DNA of 64,000 nt from Sulfurospirillaceae bacterium (lineage in GTDB: Bacteria > Campylobacterota > Campylobacteria > Campylobacterales > Sulfurospirillaceae), in contig JAWVXD010000007.1 of NCBI GenBank assembly GCA_033723415.1, positions 1 through 64,000 on the forward strand. Reading direction: 5' to 3'. The notes under the pieces were generated by a model that worked only from the letters and a program-made list of their open reading frames with translations, did no database searches and was not told the origin of the DNA. Both the position numbers and the translations under genes were made by a program. This document shows positions 1 through 9,314 of this stretch, in pieces (positions within the stretch are counted from its first letter, which is position 1; the number at the start of each line of letters is the position of its first letter).

Positions 1-1544
1 CCTGCCGCTACTCCGACCACTGCGCCGCCTGCAGCCCAGCCGTCCGCGCCGGATACATCGTTATGCAAGACTCCATCAGCAGCATCTACACTCAACGTAT
101 GTCCCTCTGTTATATCTCCTAGATCTGTTACTACTTGAGGACCGTCATCCAAAAATACAAAATTCGAACCTATATTCAATGTTGCACTACTGTTTGCAAT
201 ATCCCCGTCTCCATCAATGATAGCATCCGATCTTGTTAGTGTGATCAAATTATCTGTTATAAGCGTAGCAGGTTCATTATAAGAATCTCCGCCAATAGGA
301 TTTACGATAGCTCTGTCTTGCTCTAACGTTACTATACCGTTATTATCGACACTTACCGTAAATACTGTCGTTTCTATGCCATTGATCTTTATACTTCCTA
401 CAACTTCACCGTTTTCAAGATGCAATAAAACTTTGTCTCCTGTGGCTGTATCTATCAAACCGCTGTCCACATTAGGTGTTGATATTCCCAATGTATATGT
501 ACTTGTTATAGGTCCGCTTTGTCCATCAGCTCCTGGTGCTGCAACACTTGTAAATGCATATGAGAAATCAGCGCTATCAGTTACACCTAAATGTGTCTCA
601 TCTACTGTAAGAGTCGAGGCACCTTCTTCTTCATTGTATTGACCTACTGTAACACTTATACTTGGTATGTCATCTTTTATGTCAACCGTGATAGTGCCAT
701 TGGCAGTATTGCCACCTGCATCAGTTGCAGTGTAAGAAAATGTTTCGGCATTATTAACTATATTGGTTCCTTGAACAGCACCTGAATTCATAGGTGAAGT
801 TAGGGTATAGCTGTACGTACCGTCCGGATTTAATGTCATAGTACCGTAAGTACCTATACCATTTGTGCCGGCTGTAAATGCATAAGTAACATCGCCGATA
901 GCATTCTCAACGCTGAGAACACCTGAAGCTGTTTCAGCATTGCTTGATGGATCACTACCGACACTATTTAGTGCTGCTTCATCTACAAGGATATCACCGC
1001 CTGTTGTTGTAGGTGTTGCTTCAATAGGCTGGGCCGTATTAAGCTCCGGCGTACTTCCAACAGGATTTTGGATATCTCTCAAACTAGACGTAACATCTGC
1101 CATACTTCTGGTCGGATCGACAAAAGTATCTGAAGGATGTCCCCCGTTTGTAGTCGCCGTATGTCCTGCAGCTGTTTCAGTAATATCCATATTATCACCG
1201 AACTCTTTAAGTACATTATCCAAGGTATCAGTCATAGTGGTAGGCGTATGCTCCGCTAATACCTTTGCATGATCCGGGGCAATGACAGTATCTTCATGTG
1301 CCATCTGTGAGTACACTACCGAAGTATCTAAAAATGCTTCGGCTTTGCCGTTAAAATCCAGATTTTGTTGAGTAGAGAGCAAATCTATAGAAATATTGCT
1401 ATTTGGATCTCTTGAAATACTATAAACCAAATCGGAATAATACACAGGATCGCCATTGTGCAATTCTCTGATACTTCCATCTTCTGATTTCGCTACAAAA
1501 TCACCTTCGACCGATTTTATATATCCGATAATTTCTTTTGACAT
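1..1544 (-). CDS. Large T1SS-secreted adhesin (LapA/retention-module type), N-terminal ~514 aa; runs off the window start
   Basis: Not in ORF track (open at window edge). ATG at 1544 after AGGAAGG; translates MSKEIIGYIKSVEGDFVAKSEDGSIRELHNGDPVY (retention-module-like), ETAAG at aa 123-127, then acidic Thr/Gly/Val-rich Ig-like repeats (GTYGTMTLNPDGTYSYTL, TITVDIKDDIP, LTVDET, FLDDGP); adjacent to a T1SS operon. Confidence 0.9.
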   Translation of the reverse strand, partial: MSKEIIGYIKSVEGDFVAKSEDGSIRELHNGDPVYYSDLVYSISRDPNSNISIDLLSTQQNLDFNGKAEAFLDTSVVYSQMAHEDTVIAPDHAKVLAEHTPTTMTDTLDNVLKEFGDNMDITETAAGHTATTNGGHPSDTFVDPTRSMADVTSSLRDIQNPVGSTPELNTAQPIEATPTTTGGDILVDEAALNSVGSDPSSNAETASGVLSVENAIGDVTYAFTAGTNGIGTYGTMTLNPDGTYSYTLTSPMNSGAVQGTNIVNNAETFSYTATDAGGNTANGTITVDIKDDIPSISVTVGQYNEEEGASTLTVDETHLGVTDSADFSYAFTSVAAPGADGQSGPITSTYTLGISTPNVDSGLIDTATGDKVLLHLENGEVVGSIKINGIETTVFTVSVDNNGIVTLEQDRAIVNPIGGDSYNEPATLITDNLITLTRSDAIIDGDGDIANSSATLNIGSNFVFLDDGPQVVTDLGDITEGHTLSVDAADGVLHNDVSGADGWAAGGAVVGVAA

Positions 1545-1601
1545 GGTACACCTTCCTATATTGATTTTTCATATCATGGCAAAAAAATCAAATATGGTAT
1601 A

Positions 1602-1617
1602 TAGTACTATAGTACTA
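1602..1617. promoter_or_regulatory. Perfect 16-bp palindrome TAGTACTATAGTACTA, candidate LuxR/NarL-type operator for the adhesin gene
   Basis: Perfect inverted repeat ~60 bp upstream of the adhesin ATG, overlapping the stop codon of the LuxR gene. Confidence 0.6.
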
Positions 1618-2211
1618 GTGGAACTTTAAAGCTAATTCAACCCGATTTGATGTGTGAAGCTTGTTGAAGATATGAGAAAGATGTACTTTGACAGTTTTTT
1701 CAGAGATATTGAGTCTTTCTGCGATCTGGACATTACTAAGCCCGTTTACGATTTCTTTTATGATATCTATCTCTCTTTCCGTCAAGTTCGAATATTGGGA
1801 AAAATCTAATTTATCCATTTGTGCTACATTCTCACCACTGAGCTCTTTTATAGCTTCATATGTAAACTCAGGATATATCCATACATAACCACTATTGACC
1901 GTCTCTACACATGAGATAAAATGAACAGACTGCATATATGAGTTTCCATAAGCTCTGGCTCCGAATTTCAAAACGGTTTTTCCGGTATTTAATGTAGGTC
2001 TTCTCTCTAGAACAATGAATTTTATACCAGTGTCATGATTCTTTTTTACAAAATCAAAAAATTCCTCTGACGCAGTATCGAGATCTACTATGACGATATC
2101 ATCATTAACTTCGCTTTTGTTAATTTCCATGACTTCATTCACCTGATATTCCTTTAAAATCTCCGCCCACCTTCCCGATGTATTTACATCATAACATAAT
2201 ATATTTACCAT
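1615..2211 (-). CDS. LuxR/NarL-family transcriptional regulator (degenerate receiver-like domain + HTH)
   Basis: C-terminal LTEREIDII...GLSNVQIAERLNISEKTVKVHLSHIFNKL LuxR HTH. Confidence 0.9.
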   Translation of the reverse strand: MVNILCYDVNTSGRWAEILKEYQVNEVMEINKSEVNDDIVIVDLDTASEEFFDFVKKNHDTGIKFIVLERRPTLNTGKTVLKFGARAYGNSYMQSVHFISCVETVNSGYVWIYPEFTYEAIKELSGENVAQMDKLDFSQYSNLTEREIDIIKEIVNGLSNVQIAERLNISEKTVKVHLSHIFNKLHTSNRVELALKFH

Positions 2212-2213
2212 AA

Positions 2214-3545
2214 TTATCTTTCCGTAAAAATATAGTCCTTTGAGTTCAATATCGGTTTCATTATGTAATCAAATATTGTCCTCTTTCCGGTAATGATATC
2301 TGCATTTACAGTCATACCGGGGATGATTTTGAGTTTTTCTCCATTGTAAACCAACGTATCTTTATCAGTCTTTATCCTTACAATATAGTATGTTTTGTTA
2401 TCTTTGTCAGTTATTGTATCAGGGCTTATACCTATAACTTTACCTTTTAATCCGCCATAGATAGAATAATTATATGCTGTAAATTTGACCAATGCTCCTT
2501 GTCCATAGTATATAAAAGCTATATCTTTCGGTAAAATCTTTACCTCAACTATAAGATTCTTATTGTCCGGTACGACCTCTATAAGATCCATACCAGGTCT
2601 TATAACACCGCCTATTGTGTTGACATACATCTTCTTGACTATGCCCTCTACCGGGGATCTTACATATGTCCTGTTGACAGTATCTTGGTAAGATTCTATT
2701 TTATTTTCGGTTATGTCCAATTTTCCAAGTACGTCATTCAGATCTTGTTTAGATTTAGCAATAAACGTCAATCTAGTTTCATTGATCTTACTTCTTATCT
2801 CATCTATTGACGATCTTATCTCAGGTGTAGAATTGTTGATGGTATTAATATCCGTTTTTATTTTATTCGCTTCTCTTTGCAGTTTTAGAAAATCGACTTT
2901 TGATTTAATACCTTCTTTCACCATGGGCTCTGTCATGTTTATCTCTTCATTTATCAAAAAATAACTTCTTTGCAAATCTTTGGCTTTGACCACAGCCTCC
3001 TTCAGTTGGTCGTTTTTCTGTTTGATCTGTTTTTGAAGCACATCAATCTTAGCTTTCAGTTGGTTCATGTTCGTATTATAAAGACTCTCTTCTCTGGTTA
3101 CTAACCCGGGATGTTTTTTTGCAAATGCTTTATCAAATTTAAGAGATTTCATTGTTGCCTGAGCTATTAATCTATAAGATTGTGCAAAAAGATCATTATA
3201 TCTAAATTTAATTTCATCCAGATCTACCGTTGATTTTACATTTTTTATCTTTAACAGTATTTGTCCTTGCTTAACACGATCCCCTTCTTTTACGAGAATA
3301 TCTTCTATGATACCTCCTTCAAGATTCTGCAATACCTTATTTTCACCGCTAGGGATAACTTTTCCGATTGACCTTACTATCTCATCAACATATGTGATAT
3401 AGGACCATCCAACGAATACTACTACGGTAAGAACCAAAAGATATAAAACAAATTGACTTTTTCTGGATGTTTTATGTAAAACAGCTTCACTTAAACTCTC
3501 AAGATAATTCAATTCCTCTTCGGATATGCGATTATTGTTTGGCAT
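2214..3545 (-). CDS. HlyD-family T1SS membrane fusion protein (LapC-like)
   Basis: N-terminal TM, LEGGIIEDILVKEGDRV, VRSPVEGIV, TIGGVIRPG, IIPGMTVNADIITGKRT; ATG 3545 after GAGGTG. Confidence 0.93.
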   Translation of the reverse strand: MPNNNRISEEELNYLESLSEAVLHKTSRKSQFVLYLLVLTVVVFVGWSYITYVDEIVRSIGKVIPSGENKVLQNLEGGIIEDILVKEGDRVKQGQILLKIKNVKSTVDLDEIKFRYNDLFAQSYRLIAQATMKSLKFDKAFAKKHPGLVTREESLYNTNMNQLKAKIDVLQKQIKQKNDQLKEAVVKAKDLQRSYFLINEEINMTEPMVKEGIKSKVDFLKLQREANKIKTDINTINNSTPEIRSSIDEIRSKINETRLTFIAKSKQDLNDVLGKLDITENKIESYQDTVNRTYVRSPVEGIVKKMYVNTIGGVIRPGMDLIEVVPDNKNLIVEVKILPKDIAFIYYGQGALVKFTAYNYSIYGGLKGKVIGISPDTITDKDNKTYYIVRIKTDKDTLVYNGEKLKIIPGMTVNADIITGKRTIFDYIMKPILNSKDYIFTER

Positions 3546-5685
3546 TTTGATCACCTCTAAGCTTGCTTAGAACAACCGCTTTTGGTCCATCTAACAATAT
3601 CTTACCTTCATGAATAACAATTATCCTGTCTACAGCATCCAAAAGAGATAATTTTTGTGTAGAAAATATAATGGTCTTATTTTTCAGATTTTTTTTGAAC
3701 TCGTTTATGATATGGTTCTCACTTTGTTGATCCATGGAGATTGTAGGCTCATCCATAATGACTATTGGAGTATGTTTCAACAAAGCTCTGGCAATGGCAA
3801 CACTTTGCTTCTGCCCTCCTGACAGACCGAGACCTTGTTCACCTATATTCATATCATATCCTTTGGGATGCTTTAGACAAAACTCATGAACACCTGCTAT
3901 CTTTGCAGCTTTTATCATCTCTTCATCATTCACGTAAGGCAAACCAAATTTTATATTTTCTTTCAATGTCCCCCTAAAAAATTTTACATTCTGATCGACA
4001 TAGCTTATATTGGATCTCAAATCTGCAGGATCGATCTGTTTTATATCTATGTCATCTATTAATACAGATCCTGAAGTCGGTTCATAAAGATTGATGATGA
4101 GCTTGATAAGAGTACTCTTCCCAGAACCAATTCTGCCTATAAGCCCTACTTTTTCTCCAGGATTAATAGTAAGAGAGACATCATCCAAAGCAATCTTCTC
4201 TTCTTCCCCGTAAGAAAAGCTTACATTTTTGAACTCTATCTTTCCTTTGATATCTTCGATCTTTACAAATTCTTTTGCTTTCGGTCTCTCTATAGGTTGA
4301 TTCACGATCTCATCCATAATATCATAAACGCTTCTTACATCTTCAAAATTTGCAATAAGTGACGCAGACTGTCCCATAGGCGCAATAGTTCTGGAAACCA
4401 ATATGACTATAGCTATCAGATCACCCATTGTCATCAAATTATCTTTAATTAGGTACACTCCTACAACTACTACAAAGATGGTATTGAACTGTATAAGAAA
4501 TGATGTCACTACCGGTATTGAAGATGATAAAAGTCTTGATGAGAGACTTTTATTTGCTATTTCTGCGCATGATTCCTCCCAATTCCACTGTATCTTGCTA
4601 GAAGCCCCCAATGTTTTTATAGCATCGATATTCTGTAAAGCTTCTATTAAAACACCATTTTTTTGAGCTGCGGCTTGATGCGTAAGTTTTATTCTATTGT
4701 ATAGCGGTCTTCTTATCAATATTGCATATAACAAAATCAAAAGTATAGTTGTAATAGGAACCCAGACTATAGAACCTCCCAAATACCATATCACGACCAA
4801 AAAAAGTATTGCAAAAGGGATATCAATAAAGGCTGTCAACGTAGCAGATGTCAAAAACGACCGAATAGAATCAAAGTCTTTCAGATTGCTGGCAAAAGAT
4901 CCTATTGATTTTGGTAGAACCGACATTTTCATATCTAAGACTTTCTCGAAAATTATAGATGACATGATCACATCTGATTTTTTAGCCGCCATCTCTAAAA
5001 AATAGATTCTGGTATATTTAAGGATAATATCAAGAATATATATGACTATGACCCCACCTGCAAAATACCATAATGTCTCTACGGCTTGATTCGGTATAAC
5101 CCTGTTATAGACATTCCTAGTAAAAAGCGGAGTAGCAAGTACGAACATATTGATTAATATAGAAGCTATTATAACGTCTTTATATATCTTTGCTGAGAAT
5201 TTAATAGTACTCCAAAACCAATGATCCGTATTTAAATTAACTCTTTTGTGATCAAATTCATTGTATTGATACACTCTTTTAAGTAAGAATCCGTATCCAA
5301 GATATTCTTCATTTAATTTTTCTATATCTATCCATTCATAGCTCTCGTCATAAGGAAAGATTATCTTGGCTTGTTTTCTTTCAGGAGAAAATTCTTCTAA
5401 TATGCAAGCTTCTTTGTTATGCAATAACAGGATCATAGGTAAGAACAGCGGAGATATATCTTCTAACTTTTTTTTAATAAGAGTAGATTTTAAACCGGCC
5501 CTAAGTGCCGCCCTAGTCATAAGACTTTTTGAGCTGTCAATAGAGAAAAGACCGTTATCTGCATAATCTTCCATAGGAAGTCCATATATGAGAGACTCAG
5601 CAGAATACGGCTTGTGGTATAACTTTGTAAACATTGATAAAGTAGCTAACAAAGAATCGAATTTCTCATGCTTTTCTTTTACCAT
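3532..5685 (-). CDS. T1SS ABC transporter permease/ATPase with C39-like N-domain (LapB-like)
   Basis: PLFTRNVYNRVIPN, Walker A GRIGSGKST, LSGGQKQ, Walker B IVIMDEPT. Confidence 0.95.
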   Translation of the reverse strand: MVKEKHEKFDSLLATLSMFTKLYHKPYSAESLIYGLPMEDYADNGLFSIDSSKSLMTRAALRAGLKSTLIKKKLEDISPLFLPMILLLHNKEACILEEFSPERKQAKIIFPYDESYEWIDIEKLNEEYLGYGFLLKRVYQYNEFDHKRVNLNTDHWFWSTIKFSAKIYKDVIIASILINMFVLATPLFTRNVYNRVIPNQAVETLWYFAGGVIVIYILDIILKYTRIYFLEMAAKKSDVIMSSIIFEKVLDMKMSVLPKSIGSFASNLKDFDSIRSFLTSATLTAFIDIPFAILFLVVIWYLGGSIVWVPITTILLILLYAILIRRPLYNRIKLTHQAAAQKNGVLIEALQNIDAIKTLGASSKIQWNWEESCAEIANKSLSSRLLSSSIPVVTSFLIQFNTIFVVVVGVYLIKDNLMTMGDLIAIVILVSRTIAPMGQSASLIANFEDVRSVYDIMDEIVNQPIERPKAKEFVKIEDIKGKIEFKNVSFSYGEEEKIALDDVSLTINPGEKVGLIGRIGSGKSTLIKLIINLYEPTSGSVLIDDIDIKQIDPADLRSNISYVDQNVKFFRGTLKENIKFGLPYVNDEEMIKAAKIAGVHEFCLKHPKGYDMNIGEQGLGLSGGQKQSVAIARALLKHTPIVIMDEPTISMDQQSENHIINEFKKNLKNKTIIFSTQKLSLLDAVDRIIVIHEGKILLDGPKAVVLSKLRGDQNAKQ

Positions 5686-5704
5686 AGTTGCCTACTTTGT
5701 AAAA

Positions 5705-7108
5705 TTATTTATTGTTATTCTTCTCTAATGTCTCTAAAAATTTATCATTCTTTAAAATCTGTTTTTTAGGATATTTGTCCTTTTGTAAATTATCACGTTT
5801 GATGAATCCTACTTTTGAATAGACAGGATCACTAGTGCCTAATATAGATGTAACCATCGTACCCATTGCATCTAAGATTCTATACTTTGAGAACAAATGA
5901 TCATATTTTGCATTTACTATCTGATACTTTGCGTTTATAAGATCATTTTGTGCCGTCAATAGATCAAGAAGTGATCTTCTACCGAGATCAAATTCTTTCG
6001 AATATAAGGTCAATGTGTCTATAGAATGTTTTTTATATTCTTCTAGATATTTGAGCTGATTTTTTATCTCTGTGTAGGCATTCCAAGATAGATCATATCC
6101 TTCAGTGGTCTTTCTGATCAGATCATTTTTAGTAAAGATCTCCTTGTTAATAAGACTCAAACCCTGTTCTATCTTTTTCTTATCTTCAAATCCTCTAAAA
6201 AGATTGTATCTAATCTTAACTACTGCACTGTAATATTGGCTATTTCCTGCTATATCATTAACATTACTTCTCCAAGATTTAGTTAATTGCAGATCTATCT
6301 TCGGATAGTAGCCACTCTCTGCTTCATGTCTTTTATTTTGTGCCACTTTAATATTATATCTTTGCACAATGATCGAAGGGTTATGGTCTATTGCAAAATC
6401 CAAACCTTCTTGGTATGAGCCGATAGGGAAATCGAATTTAGGCTGAACAAGCTCATCAACATTTATTTTTTTGCCGTAGAAATACTTAAGTTGATAAACA
6501 GCATCTTCCATATTGTTTTTTCTGACAAAATAGTTGGCATTGGCCAAAGCCAATGATGCTTTTACTTTCTTCAACTCTGATTTTTGTGTCAATCCAGAAC
6601 TATAGAGTTTTTGAACCTTTTTCTCAATAGCCTCAGTGATCTTCACGTTTTCTTTCGCTATGTTCAATAACTCTTTATCTCTTAATACGTTTATGTAGTA
6701 TTCAACTAATCTAAAAGAGACATCATTCGCCTTTTCTATGTAGTTGTATGCAGCCGCTGCAGCTCTCGTTTGCTGGATTTTCATGAGGTATGTGGTCCCA
6801 AGACCATTAAAGAGATTTTCCACAAGGACCAAACTATGGTCATACATGTCATATCCCTTGCCACTGTACCCAACACCGGAGTATTCTTCATGTCCGAATG
6901 TACCAACATAATCAAGCGTTGGTAGCCAACCTGATTTGGCTATTTCAATGTCCTGCGTAGTAGCGTTATAATTTTTAACGCGCTCTTGGACAGAAGGATT
7001 AGTCTGTAAAATATTTTTCACGGCTTCTTTTATGGTCAAAGCCTGCGAACTTACAGAGAACATTAATAAAGCTAAGATTGTGATTGTTGATTTCTTATCT
7101 ACTAACAT
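5705..7108 (-). CDS. TolC-family outer membrane channel (LapE-like)
   Basis: Signal peptide, AKSGWLPTLD, YYPKIDL, FDLGRRSLLDLLTAQNDL. Confidence 0.93.
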   Translation of the reverse strand: MLVDKKSTITILALLMFSVSSQALTIKEAVKNILQTNPSVQERVKNYNATTQDIEIAKSGWLPTLDYVGTFGHEEYSGVGYSGKGYDMYDHSLVLVENLFNGLGTTYLMKIQQTRAAAAAYNYIEKANDVSFRLVEYYINVLRDKELLNIAKENVKITEAIEKKVQKLYSSGLTQKSELKKVKASLALANANYFVRKNNMEDAVYQLKYFYGKKINVDELVQPKFDFPIGSYQEGLDFAIDHNPSIIVQRYNIKVAQNKRHEAESGYYPKIDLQLTKSWRSNVNDIAGNSQYYSAVVKIRYNLFRGFEDKKKIEQGLSLINKEIFTKNDLIRKTTEGYDLSWNAYTEIKNQLKYLEEYKKHSIDTLTLYSKEFDLGRRSLLDLLTAQNDLINAKYQIVNAKYDHLFSKYRILDAMGTMVTSILGTSDPVYSKVGFIKRDNLQKDKYPKKQILKNDKFLETLEKNNNK

Positions 7109-7486
7109 GGTGACCCCCTTGATATAATGTATATATAAGAAATTGACTAGACACCTATTTTTATTATAATCTACTTAAAACCTTTATATTAATGTATATA
7201 CAAACAATCTACCACATATGATATAAAAAAAAGTTTAAGAAAGCCGTTTTAGGTCAAAATTAGGATAAAACTACTCATAACTATAGTATTTTGCTCCATA
7301 TTTGTGATACTTAAATTACATAAATTCGACAAAGAATCATCCGAAAAACACTTAAAGATGAGCTTTTTACACACTTGGCAATAGGTTATATATAATTTTT
7401 ACTTATTTATTAAACTAAAATCCACAAATAATCCTATCACGTTATTGTTATTGTCAAAATCCGTATTTTTGTATCATCAGGTTGTT

Positions 7487-8419
7487 TCAAGAAGGGCTAT
7501 AGAGCGTTTCAAGCAGCGTGGATATCGTCCTGGTATAAGGGGCATCGACACCTTGTGATTCACAGTTTCTTATCACTACGCCACAGATGTCATCAAGTTC
7601 CAGCGGACGAGAATTTTCTCTATCCACTAACATCGAAGGCTTGATAGAGTCAAATCTTCGTATCACTTCAAACATCTCTTGTACATCTTTTTCACTCATA
7701 TCAACATGAGCTACTTTGGCAGCGATAGCAGTCTCTCTCATAAGTCCAAGCACGATCTTTGATAATTTCTTATCATGTATGATATCGCCGGTCTTTTTCT
7801 CAAGAAGCGCGCAGATAGCATTGACGCCATTATTTATTGCAAGTTTCTTCCAAAGCTCCAGCCTGATGTTCTTAGAAATACTAGCAGGAATTTGACTTGC
7901 GTTTAATAAAGCTGTAAAAGTATCCAAGAATCGCTCACCTTCAAGACTATGTTTCCAAAGCCCAAGAGGTGTCTGTGCCACTCCGATGGCATGTACCACT
8001 CCCGGAGCAATGATATGCGCACCGATTTTTACACTTAGCCCACCTATGATCTTTTGTGGATTGATATATGAGGCGAGTATCTCTTCGTTTTCGACTCCAT
8101 TTTGCAGTGAGATGATATAAGGGGTATGGTCTTTACACCATTTGGAAAGAGCCAAAGCAATATCCCTGGTGGACATCGTCTTGGTCAAGACGATCAATGC
8201 ATCGAACTCTTTTGATGATCTTTGCAGTAGTGTTTCCATATCATAGGTGTCAACGAAGCCTTTAAACTCAAAATTCGGATGTGTGAGTTCCAAGCCATTT
8301 GTCTGCAAAGCCTCTAAATGATTCCCACGAGCTATAAAAGAGACATCAAGTCCATGATCTAACAATCTAGCCCCATAATAACAACCAACTCCGCCAGCCC
8401 CGATAATCGCTATATGCAT
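7487..8419 (-). CDS. panE: 2-dehydropantoate 2-reductase (ketopantoate reductase family)
   Basis: IIGAGGVG Rossmann motif, SLQNGV, LWKKLAIN, KPSMLVD...PLELD. Confidence 0.88.
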   Translation of the reverse strand: MHIAIIGAGGVGCYYGARLLDHGLDVSFIARGNHLEALQTNGLELTHPNFEFKGFVDTYDMETLLQRSSKEFDALIVLTKTMSTRDIALALSKWCKDHTPYIISLQNGVENEEILASYINPQKIIGGLSVKIGAHIIAPGVVHAIGVAQTPLGLWKHSLEGERFLDTFTALLNASQIPASISKNIRLELWKKLAINNGVNAICALLEKKTGDIIHDKKLSKIVLGLMRETAIAAKVAHVDMSEKDVQEMFEVIRRFDSIKPSMLVDRENSRPLELDDICGVVIRNCESQGVDAPYTRTISTLLETLYSPS

Positions 8420-8481
8420 CTATACCCTTCTTAATTTGATTCTTTATATTTTAATTATAACCGATCAGCTTCAATAGTTTA

Positions 8482-8793
8482 TTAAACTTTTTTAACATCG
8501 ATCTTGTTATTTATATCTTTTTGAGCATTATTTTTATGTTTTTTTGCAAAGCCTGCACCTTTTTTAGTCTTAGCTTTGAGATGTAGTTCTTCTATTTCTC
8601 TTTTATAGTCAAGCTCATTTTTGTGCATGGTGGCAAAACATTTAGCCACAGCAGCTATAGAGTTTGGGACTTCACCCTTTTTTTTATATGATTGAATGTT
8701 TTTCTCGCTTACCTTGATGAGTGCGCTAAATTTTGGAAGCGTGATCTCAGCATCTAAAAGTAGTTTTTTAAAATCAATAAACGTCATGTTCAC
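8482..8793 (-). CDS. Small Cro/XRE-like helix-turn-helix protein with basic C-terminal tail
   Basis: FKKLLLDAEITLPKFSALIKVSEKNIQSYKKKGEVP fits the Cro/XRE HTH pattern; start GTG 8793 or ATG 8787. Confidence 0.65.
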   Translation of the reverse strand: MNMTFIDFKKLLLDAEITLPKFSALIKVSEKNIQSYKKKGEVPNSIAAVAKCFATMHKNELDYKREIEELHLKAKTKKGAGFAKKHKNNAQKDINNKIDVKKV

Positions 8794-8874
8794 TCTCTAA
8801 TATAAGATTATTGATATCATTATAGCTATATTATAATAAAAATCTATAAAATATTACTAAAATATATAAAAAAC

Positions 8875-8904
8875 TTGACTTATTATACATAAAGAGAATA
8901 TAAT
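8875..8904 (+). promoter_or_regulatory. Sigma70-type promoter for the lysine-rich microprotein
   Basis: TTGACT (8875-8880), 18-nt spacer, TATAAT (8899-8904). Confidence 0.6.
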
Positions 8905-8916
8905 CTCTATAATTTA

Positions 8917-8932
8917 TTACTAAAAGTAGTAA
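8917..8932. promoter_or_regulatory. Inverted repeat TTACTA-AAAG-TAGTAA, candidate operator
   Basis: 6-4-6 palindrome just downstream of the -10; TATTACTAAAA occurs at both 8852-8862 and 8915-8925. Confidence 0.45.
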
Positions 8933-8956
8933 AAATATAAAATAAAGGTTTGAAAA

Positions 8957-9136
8957 ATGGCAAAATTATTGAAGAAAAAAGCAGTAAAAAAAGTAGTAAC
9001 CTCTGTAGCTAAAAAAGCAGATGCAGGGAAAAAAGTGGCAAAGAAAGCTGTTAAAAAAGTAGTCGCTAAGAAACTTAAAACTAAAAAAGCAGTAAAGAAA
9101 GTAGCTAAAAAAACTGTAAAGAAACTAGCCGCTTAA
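8957..9136 (+). CDS. 59-aa Lys/Ala/Val-rich histone H1-like microprotein
   Basis: Not in ORF track (59 aa). AAAGG RBS, ATG 8957, TAA 9134-9136: MAKLLKKKAVKKVVTSVAKKADAGKKVAKKAVKKVVAKKLKTKKAVKKVAKKTVKKLAA; 25/59 Lys; own promoter and downstream hairpin. Confidence 0.8.
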   Translation: MAKLLKKKAVKKVVTSVAKKADAGKKVAKKAVKKVVAKKLKTKKAVKKVAKKTVKKLAA

Positions 9137-9157
9137 TACTTCTAAAAACATATAAGC

Positions 9158-9181
9158 AAGGATCATAGATATTTGATCCTT
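9158..9181. terminator. Hairpin between the microprotein and the convergent tRNA-Asn
   Basis: AAGGATCA-N8-TGATCCTT. Confidence 0.55.
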
Positions 9182-9314
9182 AAATACTCGCAATCTTTAT
9201 TAAAAAATATACATTGTAATACATAGAGTTTATTTCACAAAAAGCTACCATATATAGCTACTATTAGGATTTTAATTTTTATGAAATATCGTATTTTAGG
9301 GGTTTAAAATGAAA

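Noticed and set aside
376..1272. Plus-strand ORFs 376-642, 591-785, 940-1272
   Set aside because: Antisense shadows of the minus-strand adhesin; the same applies to the many short ORFs opposite the T1SS, gyrA, lepA, MCP and fli genes
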